A stretch of DNA of 63,081 nt, the filler included, from Phoronis australis (lineage: Eukaryota > Animalia > Phoronida): the NCBI GenBank assembly GCA_002633005.1. It is 8 parts of 8 records of this genome, joined end to end, with 100 filler letters (N's around TTAATTAATTAA, not from the genome) between each part and the next. Parts side by side here need not be neighbours in the genome. Positions count along the whole stretch, not along the records: positions 53,516 to 56,089 come from NMRA01003594.1; positions 56,190 to 60,076 come from NMRA01002790.1; positions 60,177 to 63,081 come from NMRA01003330.1; 5 more parts are not named here. The stretch is one strand, 5' to 3'. The position numbers and the translations under genes were made by a program. Within the stretch, counting starts at the first letter, position 1; each line of letters begins with the position of its first letter. Under the pieces are notes generated by a model that saw nothing but the letters and a program-made list of their open reading frames with translations, made no database searches and was not told the DNA's origin. Below are positions 53,516-63,081 of the stretch, piece after piece.

Positions 53516-53917
53516 AAACGATCTGTGTATGAGAAACATGTGAAGCTCACGGAGCTGGCTGCACCAGAGACTAAATATGAGAAAAAAATGAAGAGGAAAA
53601 AGAAGCAAATGTGTCAGAAATTCCTGAAAGGCAACTGTAAATATGGTGCAAAGTGCAAATTTTCCCACGATTTGGGAGGCGGTGAACGGGAACAAAACAG
53701 CAATGCTGAGACCATACCGTACAACCATCAAAATCCATATAACTACGGAGGACACTTAGACAGCCAGGTTTGTGAGGATGAAGACAGTTTCACAACAAAC
53801 TCCTTTAAACGGAAACGAGTTGGCGTAACTGATAATTTACAACCGCCAAAACGAGCGTTGCAAAATCTTCAGAAACTGAGGCAAGAAGAAAGACCTTGGA
53901 CAATGCAGAATTGGTGA
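53516..53917 (+). CDS. Terminal exon of a CCCH zinc-finger protein (5' partial)
   Basis: Open from the contig start. Contains C-x7-C-x5-C-x3-H (CQKFLKGNCKYGAKCKFSH) and a basic NLS-like KRKR near the stop. Confidence 0.8.
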   Translation, partial: KRSVYEKHVKLTELAAPETKYEKKMKRKKKQMCQKFLKGNCKYGAKCKFSHDLGGGEREQNSNAETIPYNHQNPYNYGGHLDSQVCEDEDSFTTNSFKRKRVGVTDNLQPPKRALQNLQKLRQEERPWTMQNW

Positions 53918-55887
53918 TGTTTATAGGCATAAATGTGTTAAAGAGAAATTGAGAAAATGCACCCAGTTCAAGTTGCTACCTGGTGGGCGAAAATCCAAAA
54001 TCTGTGCATGTTACAAAAACCCCTTTCATACTAACTTAACTTTGGTATGAGCGAAGCGTTGATGTTAACTGCAAAGATAGTTGAACCTTTCATACCTGCC
54101 TCGGTAGTTAATGACATCGAAGTAAATGGTAGGTGGCACTGTCATCATCAAAGTAATCCCGAGCACTGATGTTTAAGGTGATGTTCGAGGTAGACTTAGA
54201 AATAGCAGGATTTTCGACCCATGTGCTTAATAAGATTTTTGTGACAAGTGGAGAATATTTACGTGTGATAATTGACTCAAAGCTAATTACACTGATGATT
54301 ATTTGAGCAAAAAATACTAGCAAATATTAGCGATGACACTACCCTTTGGTGACGATAGCAGTGGCTGCTGGCGATAACTTCAATGAGACCGAAGTTGACT
54401 GCTCATACAGCGCTACTGTTAAATCCACTTATTAACTGGCACCGTTAGCTTCGATTGAGGACTGAAGGACGTTTGTATGAAAGGGCCTTAAGAGAATGGT
54501 CAAGATTTACGAGCATACTAGCTTTCCAATTGAATTTGTATAGTCTGCTGACTGCCCCCTTGTAAAATATATTCAATTTATTCATTTCTTCAAAAATCAA
54601 TTATCTTGTTTAGATAAGAAGACCACTGCAAAACAAAAATAGATAGCGTTCCGAAGCGGGGAATGCAATAAACCGTGGAAAATTTTAAGACACCCTTGCA
54701 AATGCTTCATTAGACATTTCTGTTTCCCAGTTTGAACTGAGTTTTGTAGAATCACAGATTGGTTATGTTGTAAGAGAGGAGCCAACCTCAATGTTAAAAC
54801 GAAGGATGGTTGAAGTTGTGTTGTCTCTTTATCACTGAACAATGTGTGGCTTAACCTAAGATTGTTTTTAGAGTTTGGTTCAGTGAAAAATATACCCTGA
54901 CCATCTTGTTCAGTGTGAGATTTGTATGAACATGAAGATGGATGTCTGTTCTGAAGGTGGGGAAGCTACTTAAAACGCATGTTCACCATGGGCGATCAGG
55001 CCTACACCTCTGTAACAAGTAACTTCCCACTATGTGAATGTAGAATCTGCCCTTTTATTTGAGGTTGGACGAAAAATGCAGAGACGTTAAACGAGTGTTC
55101 ACATGTGGTTTTTGTTTAGGAAGTGGATCAGATATTTCATCTGCCTTCTACTCGAATGGCATAGAAATGCTGTTGGCACTGGGGATTTTATTTGAAACTG
55201 ATGTCTAGTATTAGCAATTTCCGATAATAGGCTCATGGCCATATATTTGGAAATGACCTTTCAAAAATTTTATGTAAAACCAAATATACACCCGGACAAA
55301 TTTTTGGAAAATGGGGACGTATTTTCGGAAAGTCATAGATAGACAAGTACGTTATTATGGTTAGTTACCAACAAAGTCGCCCAACATCTCGATAAATGTG
55401 AGAAATTGCATTCCCAAAATATGCCTTTTCAAAACCAACAAAATTTTACACCGAAAATAGGCCCATGGGCATAATTTTGGAAAATTTTCTGAAAATACGC
55501 CCATGAATGTACTTTTGAGAGGGTCTGGTTTCTGAAATTTCCGGTAGTAGGAATGCTGCACACATTTGTACACACAAACAAGAAAAATGTTATAATTAAT
55601 TTTCCTATGGCTAATGTCATCAATCTATCACATCCTGGATCTCATTTATATCTGAGACGAGAGAATCAATCTCTCACAAGATCACCCAAGGGCAAATTTG
55701 AAGACATGCAGTTGAGACAGGAAATAAATCTGCATTCTGTTGAAGAAGATAAATTTTGTTTTAGACCCCTTACCACTATAAAATTGGACTGGATGTGTTG
55801 ATTACATTCTTGAGAAGTAATTTTTGGTCTTGCAAAGAACTAAGAGTTCATTATTCCTGGAGACCATGCTTGGAAAATAATGTAACG

Positions 55888-56089
55888 TGGATGACTAGTC
55901 AACTTGCTAAGTGGATGACTAGTGAACTTGCTAAGTGGATGACTAGTCAACTTGCTAAAAGGATGACTTGTCAACTTGCTAAGTGGATGGCTAGTCAACT
56001 TGCTAAGTGGGTGGCTAGCCAACTTGCTAACTGGATGGCTAGTCAACTTGCTAAGTGGATGGCTAGTCAACTTGCTAAGTGGATGGCTA
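55888..56089. repeat. 21-bp minisatellite running into the contig end
   Basis: Unit TGGATG(A/G)CTAGTCAACTTGCTAAG. Confidence 0.92.
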
Positions 56090-56250
56090 NNNNNNNNNNN
56101 NNNNNNNNNNNNNNNNNNNNNNNNNNNNNNNNNTTAATTAATTAANNNNNNNNNNNNNNNNNNNNNNNNNNNNNNNNNNNNNNNNNNNNGGGGTAGAGTC
56201 CGGAATTCGCGGATTAACAACTCTAAGGAACTTCCGGACTCTTTTAACTC

Positions 56251-56820
56251 TTAGCTTTTATTAAGCTTACGGTAGATTGTAGCTTTAGAAATATTTGTAA
56301 TTTCACATATCTCTTTAACTGTCATGTTACCCTCATGATAAAGCTTTAAAGCATAGTTTACACCTGCATGATCTTTAGTATATTTAGGTGGTCTCCCCTT
56401 AAATTTACCTTCACGTTTAGCAATCTCTATTCCCTCTCTTTGCCTCATCTTTATTAAGTCTCTTTCTAGTTGATTGACTCCTGCCATAATTGTTATTAAG
56501 AATTGGCTATACGGATTATCTTGAGATAAGTTTAGCCAAGGTTCTTTTAAGGATATTAGGAGACTATTTTTCTGATGTAGTTTATCTACAAGCTTAAATA
56601 GATCCTTTGTACTTCTAGTTATTCTAGTTAAATCAGTTACATAGACAATGTCATTAGGTTTTAATTCCTTTAACATCTTTTGAAGTTCTTTTCTATCTGT
56701 TGTTTCTCCTGATACTTTTTCCTTATAAAGTAAATCAATTCCTATTTCTTCTAGCTGCTCTTGTTGTCTCTTAAGATTTTGACTTTTAGAACTTACGCGA
56801 ATATATCCTATTTTTCTCAA
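56251..56820 (-). CDS. tnpR: Serine resolvase (Tn1546 ORF2-like), 189 aa, TTG start
   Basis: KIGYIRVSS catalytic Ser motif, VTDLTRITRS, DNPYSQFLITIMAGVNQLERDLI and a C-terminal HTH. AGGAGG lies 7 nt upstream of the TTG at 56820. The longer ORF call starts too early. Confidence 0.95.
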   Translation of the reverse strand: MRKIGYIRVSSKSQNLKRQQEQLEEIGIDLLYKEKVSGETTDRKELQKMLKELKPNDIVYVTDLTRITRSTKDLFKLVDKLHQKNSLLISLKEPWLNLSQDNPYSQFLITIMAGVNQLERDLIKMRQREGIEIAKREGKFKGRPPKYTKDHAGVNYALKLYHEGNMTVKEICEITNISKATIYRKLNKS

Positions 56821-56843
56821 GGTAACCCCTCCTTTTATGATAT

Positions 56844-56921
56844 AAGTCTTATGAGACTTTAGAATCCTTAATTTTATTAACTTCATAAGTAGTCTCATTA
56901 GAGTATACTCTAGTGAGACTA
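56844..56921. promoter_or_regulatory. res site / divergent promoter region
   Basis: Near-perfect 32-bp palindrome TAGTCTCATTAGAGTA-TACTCTAGTGAGACTA (56890-56921) centred on TATA, plus AAGTCT-TATG-AGACTT (56844-56859), between tnpR and tnpA. Confidence 0.75.
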
Positions 56922-56955
56922 AAGAAGAAATAGTAAAAAGTTAAGGAGGAATACA

Positions 56956-59925
56956 ATGATTATATCTACAAGAGGAGGTGAGCTATTTTCACCTGAGCAA
57001 AGAAAGGAAGTTATGAAAGTTCCTGATGAAGAGTGGCTTATGGGAATCTATTATACGTTGTCTAAAGAAGATATAAAAGTTATCAACCAACATAGAAAAG
57101 AGGAAAACAGACTAGGATTTGCAGTACAACTAGCAGTTTTGAGGTATCCAGGATGGTCATATAATAATTTAAATAGTATTCCTAAATCTCTAATTAAATA
57201 TATTGCCAAGCAAATTAAAATAAAGCCTTCTCTAATAAAAAACTATCCTCAAAGAAAGAATACTCTATGGCAACACTTGAAAGAAATTAAAAATAAGTAT
57301 GATTTCAAAGAGTTTTCTGATGATGAAAATAATGCAACTTATAGCTATATATATAATTTAGCTATGGAAAATGATGATACCAATTACTTACTCAATGAAT
57401 GTCTTGATTTTCTTAGAGGAAATAAGGTTATTCTACCTGCAATCACAACTTTAGAGCGAATAATATGGAAAGCTAAATCTCTGTCAGAAGATATGATTTT
57501 CAATAGAATTTCTGATAGCTTAACCTACAATCAAAAGGTGAAAATTGATGAGCTTTTAACTACATCTTCAAGTATGAAGAAACACAGTATAACAATTTTA
57601 GGTTGGTTGAAAGAAACTATTGGCTATCCTTCAACAGAAAACTTTCTAAAGGTAGCTGATAAGCTTGAATATATTAATAAACTTGAGCTCAATCAAGATA
57701 TAACAAAGACCTTTCATTCTAATAGAATATCAAAAATATATAGAATAGGTATGAAGTATGAACCTTATGCTTTTAGAGATTTTAAAGAAAATAAAAGGTA
57801 TGCACTTATATTCATTATCTTAGCTAACCTCTCTAGAGACCTTATAGATAAAGCATTTGAAATACATGATCGACAAATATTGACACTTCTATCTAAAGGT
57901 AGAAAAGCTCAAGAAGAACTTCAAAGAAAGAATGGAAAGAAACTAAATGAAAAGGTAATTCAATTTGCTAACTTAGGTGAAGTGTTAATAGATGCAAAAG
58001 ATAAAGGAATAGACCCTTTCAAAGCTTTAGAGTCTATCTATCAGTGGGATAGCTTTATCTCTTCTGTTAAAGAAGCTAAGGAATTAACAAGACCTCTAGA
58101 TTATGACTATCTAGATCTTTTAGAAAAACGATTTTATTCTTTAAGGAAATATACTCCTAGGTTACTAAAGGTCTTAAAGTTCAAATCTAATAAAGCTAAT
58201 GAGCCTGTATTAAAAGCATTATCTATAATAGATGAGCTCAATGATAGTGGTAAACGTAAAGTCCCTATAGATGCTCCTATAAACTTTGTTTCTAAAAGAT
58301 GGAAAAGGCATCTCTACAATGAAGATAAAAGTATCAATCGTCATTATTATGAGATGTCTGCATTATCTGAGCTTAGAGAACATGTTAGGTCTGGGGATAT
58401 TTCAATTTTTGGAAGTAGAAAATATATGGACTTTGAAGACTATTTATTACCTGAAGTTGAATGGAACAAGGAGAAAAACCTCCTAGATAGCTCTATAAAT
58501 ATCTCTTATGAAGACTATATGAGTAAAAGAGTAGAGGCGCTTAATCAAAGGCTAGAGTTCTTTTTCAAGAATAAAAAGCAATTGAAAGGAATTTCTTTTG
58601 ATGATGGAAAGCTTTCTGTTTCAAGATTAGAAAAAGATACACCAGAAGAAGCCAAGGAATTAAGTAGATCTCTTTATCAGTTACTTCCTAAAGTTAAATT
58701 AACTGATATTCTTATGGATGTAGCTAAGATAACTGGATTTCATAATGAATTTATTCATGCTTCTAGCAAAAATAAACCTGATGATAACGATACAATAGCT
58801 ATTATGGCAGCTCTTTTAGGTATGGGGACTAATATAGGGCTTAGCAAGATGGCAGATGCAACACCTGGATTTTCTTACAAACAACTAGCAAGTATGTCTC
58901 AATGGAGGTTACATGAAGATTCCTTAAATAGAGCTCAAGCTTTGCTTGTTAACTTTCACCATAAGTTAACATTATCAAAATATTGGGGCGATGGAACTAC
59001 TTCTTCCTCAGATGGTATGAGAATGCAATTAGGAGTATCTTCCCTTCATGCTGACTTTAACCCTCACTATGGGTATGGTAAAGGAACTACAATATACAGG
59101 TTTACAAGTGACCAATACTCCTCTTATTATACCAAAATAATTCATACTAATTCTAGAGATGCTACTCATGTGTTAGATGGATTATTAAATCATGAAACAA
59201 ATCTCGATATTCAAGAACACTATACAGATACAGCAGGTTATACAGATCAAGTATTTGGTCTTACTCATTTACTAGGGTATAAGTTTGCACCTAGAATAAG
59301 AGATCTAGCAGAAGTAAAACTATTCACTTTAAATGGAATTGGAGAGTACAAGAACTTAAACTCTCTACTAAAGGGAAAGATTAATGAGACAGTTATTAAG
59401 AAAAATTATGATGATGTATTAAAACTTGCTACCTCTATTAAGAAAGGGACTGTTGCGGCTTCACTAATGCTTGGTAAATTAGGCTCTTATGCTAGAAAAA
59501 ATGGTCTTTCTACAGCTCTTAGAGAGATTGGAAGAGTTGAGAAGACTATATTCATCTTAGATTATCTATCCAATGAAGAATTAAGAAGAAAGATTCAAAA
59601 AGGACTTAATAAAGGTGAAGCTATGAATGGTTTAGCTAGAGCTATATTCTTTGGTAAGCAAGGCGAGTTGAGAGAAAGGTCATTACAAAATCAATTACAA
59701 AGAGCGAGTGCTTTAAATATTTTAATTAATATTATCACAATTTGGAACACTATCTACCTTGAAAAAGCTTTAGAGTATAAGAAGATTAAGGGAGATGTAG
59801 ATGAAAGCTTATTAGTCCATATATCGCCTATGGGGTGGAATCATATTAATTTTTTAGGAGAGTATACATTTAACTCAAATGAAGAGATTTCTTTAGAAAT
59901 TTTGAGAGAGTTAAATCTTTCCTAA
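56956..59925 (+). CDS. tnpA: Tn3-family DDE transposase, 989 aa
   Basis: NRLGFAVQLAVLRYPG, RHYYE, SSSDGMR, HYTDTAGYTDQVFGL and LNKGEAMNGLARAIFFGK motifs. Intact ORF with an AGGAGG RBS. Confidence 0.97.
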   Translation: MIISTRGGELFSPEQRKEVMKVPDEEWLMGIYYTLSKEDIKVINQHRKEENRLGFAVQLAVLRYPGWSYNNLNSIPKSLIKYIAKQIKIKPSLIKNYPQRKNTLWQHLKEIKNKYDFKEFSDDENNATYSYIYNLAMENDDTNYLLNECLDFLRGNKVILPAITTLERIIWKAKSLSEDMIFNRISDSLTYNQKVKIDELLTTSSSMKKHSITILGWLKETIGYPSTENFLKVADKLEYINKLELNQDITKTFHSNRISKIYRIGMKYEPYAFRDFKENKRYALIFIILANLSRDLIDKAFEIHDRQILTLLSKGRKAQEELQRKNGKKLNEKVIQFANLGEVLIDAKDKGIDPFKALESIYQWDSFISSVKEAKELTRPLDYDYLDLLEKRFYSLRKYTPRLLKVLKFKSNKANEPVLKALSIIDELNDSGKRKVPIDAPINFVSKRWKRHLYNEDKSINRHYYEMSALSELREHVRSGDISIFGSRKYMDFEDYLLPEVEWNKEKNLLDSSINISYEDYMSKRVEALNQRLEFFFKNKKQLKGISFDDGKLSVSRLEKDTPEEAKELSRSLYQLLPKVKLTDILMDVAKITGFHNEFIHASSKNKPDDNDTIAIMAALLGMGTNIGLSKMADATPGFSYKQLASMSQWRLHEDSLNRAQALLVNFHHKLTLSKYWGDGTTSSSDGMRMQLGVSSLHADFNPHYGYGKGTTIYRFTSDQYSSYYTKIIHTNSRDATHVLDGLLNHETNLDIQEHYTDTAGYTDQVFGLTHLLGYKFAPRIRDLAEVKLFTLNGIGEYKNLNSLLKGKINETVIKKNYDDVLKLATSIKKGTVAASLMLGKLGSYARKNGLSTALREIGRVEKTIFILDYLSNEELRRKIQKGLNKGEAMNGLARAIFFGKQGELRERSLQNQLQRASALNILINIITIWNTIYLEKALEYKKIKGDVDESLLVHISPMGWNHINFLGEYTFNSNEEISLEILRELNLS

Positions 59926-60003
59926 GTACTAATATTAAAGGGGTAGAGAAGAGCAGGAAAATCCTTAACGTTGTTAATCCGCGAATTCCGGACTCTACCC
60001 CTT

Positions 60004-60076
60004 CTTAGATACTTTGATTATGAATCATATGGTAGAGATATATTATTAGAAGGTCCTGAAGTAGTTGAAGATGATA
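60004..60076 (+). pseudogene. C-terminal fragment of an ArdA-like antirestriction gene interrupted by the transposon
   Basis: The flank translates LRYFDYESYGRDILLEGPEVVEDD, resembling the ArdA Y(F/I)DYE(A/S)YGRD motif. Only 24 codons are visible. Confidence 0.55.
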
Positions 60077-60176
60077 NNNNNNNNNNNNNNNNNNNNNNNN
60101 NNNNNNNNNNNNNNNNNNNNTTAATTAATTAANNNNNNNNNNNNNNNNNNNNNNNNNNNNNNNNNNNNNNNNNNNN

Positions 60177-60252
60177 GGACGCTGCTGGCTCCCCAACCCT
60201 TCTCAACTGTTTGATGTACAAGCTGTGTTATCATCGGTTTGGAGACTTGCAG
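60177..60252 (+). CDS. STT3B: STT3B oligosaccharyltransferase exon (5' partial)
   Basis: [25 protein letters not shown]|GT. Confidence 0.9.
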
Positions 60253-60584
60253 GTATACATCCAGGGAGGCATAACTTAATGATTGTGTCTTAACCTTTGG
60301 CTTTTGTTTTAATCAAGTGACAACATGCGTTTGTTTGCTCCTGGTTGTGATCATTGGTCGCAAGTGCAGTTTGTCATCATGTCAGCCAATCCTCATAAAG
60401 TTAACATGGTGTAAACGCTGTAAGCTCATTAAGATTTTTCAGTAATGACGAGCCAATCCCAATTAATTTTGCAAATATTCAAAGTTAGTCCTCTTAATGG
60501 GAAAGTGGCATTTTTCTTTGATTACTTATGGTGAGTATTGTGCACAGTAGTTGTACTGCAGTTGTACAAACTAGTGGTACAAAC

Positions 60585-60796
60585 TGTAGTTGTACAAACT
60601 GTGGTGCAAGCAGTAGTGCTGCAAGCTGTAGTGGTGCAAGCTGTAGTGGTGCAAGCAGTAGTGCTGCAAGCTGTAGTGGTGCAAGCTGTAGTGGTGCAAG
60701 CAGTAGTGCTGCAAGCTGTAGTGGTGCAAGCTGTAGTGGTGCAAGCTGTAGTGGTGCAAGCTGTAGTGGTGCAAGCTGTAGTGGTGCAAGCTGTAG
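60585..60796. repeat. 15-bp intronic minisatellite
   Basis: Unit GTAGTG(G/C)TGCAAGC(T/A). Confidence 0.92.
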
Positions 60797-60911
60797 TTCT
60801 ATTGTATTTTCAGTGGTTTCAACATTATTTGAATGCTGCAGAAGTTAAAACCCCCAATTTTCTTGCCTAATTGAACTGCTATTAACAGCATTCTGTACTT
60901 TGTACCACCAG

Positions 60912-61109
60912 CTGGACTTCAGAAGTCCGCCAGGATTCGACCGGACACGTAACGTGGAGATCGGCAACAAGAACTTTCAGCTGAACTTTGTGGAGGAGGC
61001 TTATACAACTGAGCACTGGCTGGTCAGGATATATAGAGTAAAGGACTTAGAGAATAGGGAGAGATGGGAGAAGATGGGCCGGCGCATCAGGAAGAAGGTG
61101 TCCAAAAAG
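60912..61109 (+). CDS. STT3B: STT3B penultimate exon
   Basis: CAG|[49 protein letters not shown]...KKVSKK|GTAAC, 198 nt, phase 0. Confidence 0.93.
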
Positions 61110-61904
61110 GTAACGTACCTGGAAGTGAATGTTTCTGGGGCTCATTTTATCAACTAGGACTGTAGGACCAATCGTAACCAAAGAGCAAACTGTTGCCATT
61201 GATGTTCAGTTGATAATTTTTGATATTCTACTTATTAAAGGACCATCTTCAGGAGCCATGTTAATGAACTGAGTGAAAATTAAAATCAAGTTAACAACCG
61301 TCTTAGCTAAAACCAGACTTACAACCTTTACTAAAACGGACCTCAAAAGCATGGCTGTTTAAATGTTCAGGATATTTTGTTTAGGACTGCTTTTAGAATA
61401 CATATCTCTTCAGGTACCTTCACTCCAGAGATGGGTAGGTCGGTCAGTAAATTATTGCGTGTACATGTCCATTTTTGTTTGCTAAAGTGTTATTGATTCA
61501 AGTAGTTGATAGTTAGTTGTGTCCGATTGGGATAAAAATTTCAAGTAGCTCACATCATAATTTACGGTTAGACCCATGAGGGGGAACAAGTGTAATTTTT
61601 GTTTGAGTCTTAAGACTTGCAAAAAATAAGAAAACATGATCCATTGATTAGTCAACATCATCAGACAAGTGTCAGTGGTATACTTGTGGATACTGATTGT
61701 GTTGTCCATGAGAAGTTTGATGAGTATTTTCTTGTATTGAATTGACGTTGGAAGTTAAAAAAAAACAAGTGTTTTGGTTAGGACATGTTTTGGCACAAAC
61801 GTCAACCATACTCAAGTGAGAATTCAGGAACGGCAAAACTTAGGGCTAGTTATGAAGCACCAGTCTTAGAAACAACAAATTAGTAGTTAGAGCAATGTTG
61901 GAAA

Positions 61905-62184
61905 CTTGTACACAACCTAAGCATTGAGCAAAGCTTCAGAGCGTGCTAGAGTTGTACACAACCTAAGCATTGAGCAAAGCTTCAGAGCGTGCTAGAGTTG
62001 TACACAACCTAAACATTGAGCGATGCCTGGGAGTGTGCTTGAGTTGTACACAACTTAAGCATTGAGCGATGTCTCAGAGCATAATGTAGTTGTACACAAC
62101 CGAAGCATTGTGCGATGCCTCAGAGCATGCTAGAGTTGTACACAACCTAAGCATTGAGCGATGCCTGTGAGCGTGCTAGAGTTG
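61905..62184. repeat. 46-bp intronic minisatellite x~6
   Basis: Unit TTGTACACAACCTAAGCATTGAGC...AGAGCGTGCTAGAG. Confidence 0.9.
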
Positions 62185-62276
62185 TGGAAACATGTTGTGA
62201 AGTGCTTTGTTTTTATTGAATCAAATTGTTGAGACATGATCATTTAGACTACCTTTACGTCCCCCATTACTTGTAG

Positions 62277-62381
62277 ACATCCAAGAAAAAGAAGGGTTCC
62301 ATCAAGAATAAGCCAACAGTGGTGAAAGGGAAGAGGCCAGCTGGCAGTAAGAAGGCTAAAAGTAGCAAGAAACACAAGTAA
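62277..62381 (+). CDS. STT3B: STT3B final exon (Lys-rich tail)
   Basis: TTGTAG|TSKKKKGSIKNKPTVVKGKRPAGSKKAKSSKKHK*, similar to the basic C-terminus of STT3B. Confidence 0.85.
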   Translation, partial: TSKKKKGSIKNKPTVVKGKRPAGSKKAKSSKKHK

Positions 62382-63081
62382 CTACAAGACGAGTGTAGGC
62401 TTGCAGTTGGTCGATTAACATCTTCCTGACGAGTTATGTCTTTAATCTATGCCGCTCAGTCCTCTCTCCATTCTTTGTCCTCACTGTTCCATCCTGTGGA
62501 ACTATCACTGTCTGGTTTCTGATGTTTTCTTAGACTAAAAGAATCATGTTTGTTTTTACACGCAGGACGCATAATCTGCTGTGTCTTGCTCGAGTCCTCG
62601 ACAGTTCACTGGTCCATAGTGAATACAACACAAGGCTTATAGTCTCCGGGATGCTTGAAACTTTGTTCATAGAATAAATTTTATTAGTACATGATGAGAA
62701 TGGATTCTCTGTGACATGGTGACATTCTGTGACCAATCTTGCTTGCCTGAAGTTATGACATTCTGAGAATTCAGTATTGTTATTTAACGAGGCTTCTACT
62801 GGTGGTTCGTTTTTCATAAATTGTAAAATTACGGAATTCATCATTATCACTGATAAATATTGTCTCTTGTATGTGATAAAAGCTAAGTTGTTGCGACTTT
62901 TACATACAAAAAGCACCAAAAGCTGTGACAATTGAGATTTCCCTGTGACATTTTGAAAATTTTGAGATGTAACAAAAGGTTACTTGCCATTATACACGAC
63001 TCGTCCATTCTCTTACATGACGTCACCGATATTCTTCACTCTGTATAATATGCAGTAGCACCAGTTTACAACTTTTATGCC

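Larger units (their letters stand above)
56190..60001. mobile_element. Complete Tn3-family (Tn1546-like) transposon, 3812 bp, with no passenger genes
   Basis: 38-bp IRs GGGGTAGAGTCCGGAATTCGCGGATTAACAAC(TC/GT)TAAG at 56190-56227 and 59964-60001 (36/38 identical). Divergent tnpR and tnpA, AT-rich bacterial codon usage and AGGAGG RBS sites. Confidence 0.96.

Noticed and set aside
56821-56898. N-terminal extension of tnpR in the ORF track
   Set aside because: It overlaps the res site. The RBS and resolvase homology point to TTG at 56820.
56190-60076. Horizontal transfer of a bacterial Tn3 into the animal genome
   Set aside because: The contig is isolated by artificial spacers and its only visible flank looks bacterial. 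Co-assembly or contamination is the simpler explanation.
60528-60870. Cys/Ser/Gly/Ala-repeat ORF as a metallothionein-like or structural protein
   Set aside because: It is a 15-bp minisatellite inside an STT3B intron, open in several frames.

Overview
The window is a concatenation of at least 8 contigs joined by artificial 100-bp N-TTAATTAATTAA-N spacers, so adjacency across spacers is not real. Most contigs come from a repeat-rich invertebrate animal genome, probably a bilaterian. The first 30.3 kb is a nested, single-orientation pile of non-autonomous Helentron (HINE/DINE-1-like) elements. Their internal ~150-bp tandem repeats (a 450-bp trimer) each carry a near-consensus CTCF motif, all on the same strand. 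The pile ends in a satellite built from stacked element 3' ends. It is interrupted by a 5'-truncated LINE, two inverted pogo-like MITEs (one with a matching excision footprint in a duplicated block) and other DNA elements. Later contigs contain a complete three-exon ORMDL CDS whose last splice acceptor is present in six tandem copies, and three in-frame exons of an unidentified gene. They also hold a CCCH zinc-finger terminal exon, the last three exons of STT3B, a small non-autonomous LTR element, hAT-like elements and minisatellites. One contig is bacterial: an intact, cargo-free Tn1546-like Tn3 transposon (tnpR, res, tnpA, 38-bp IRs), apparently inserted into an ardA-like antirestriction gene.
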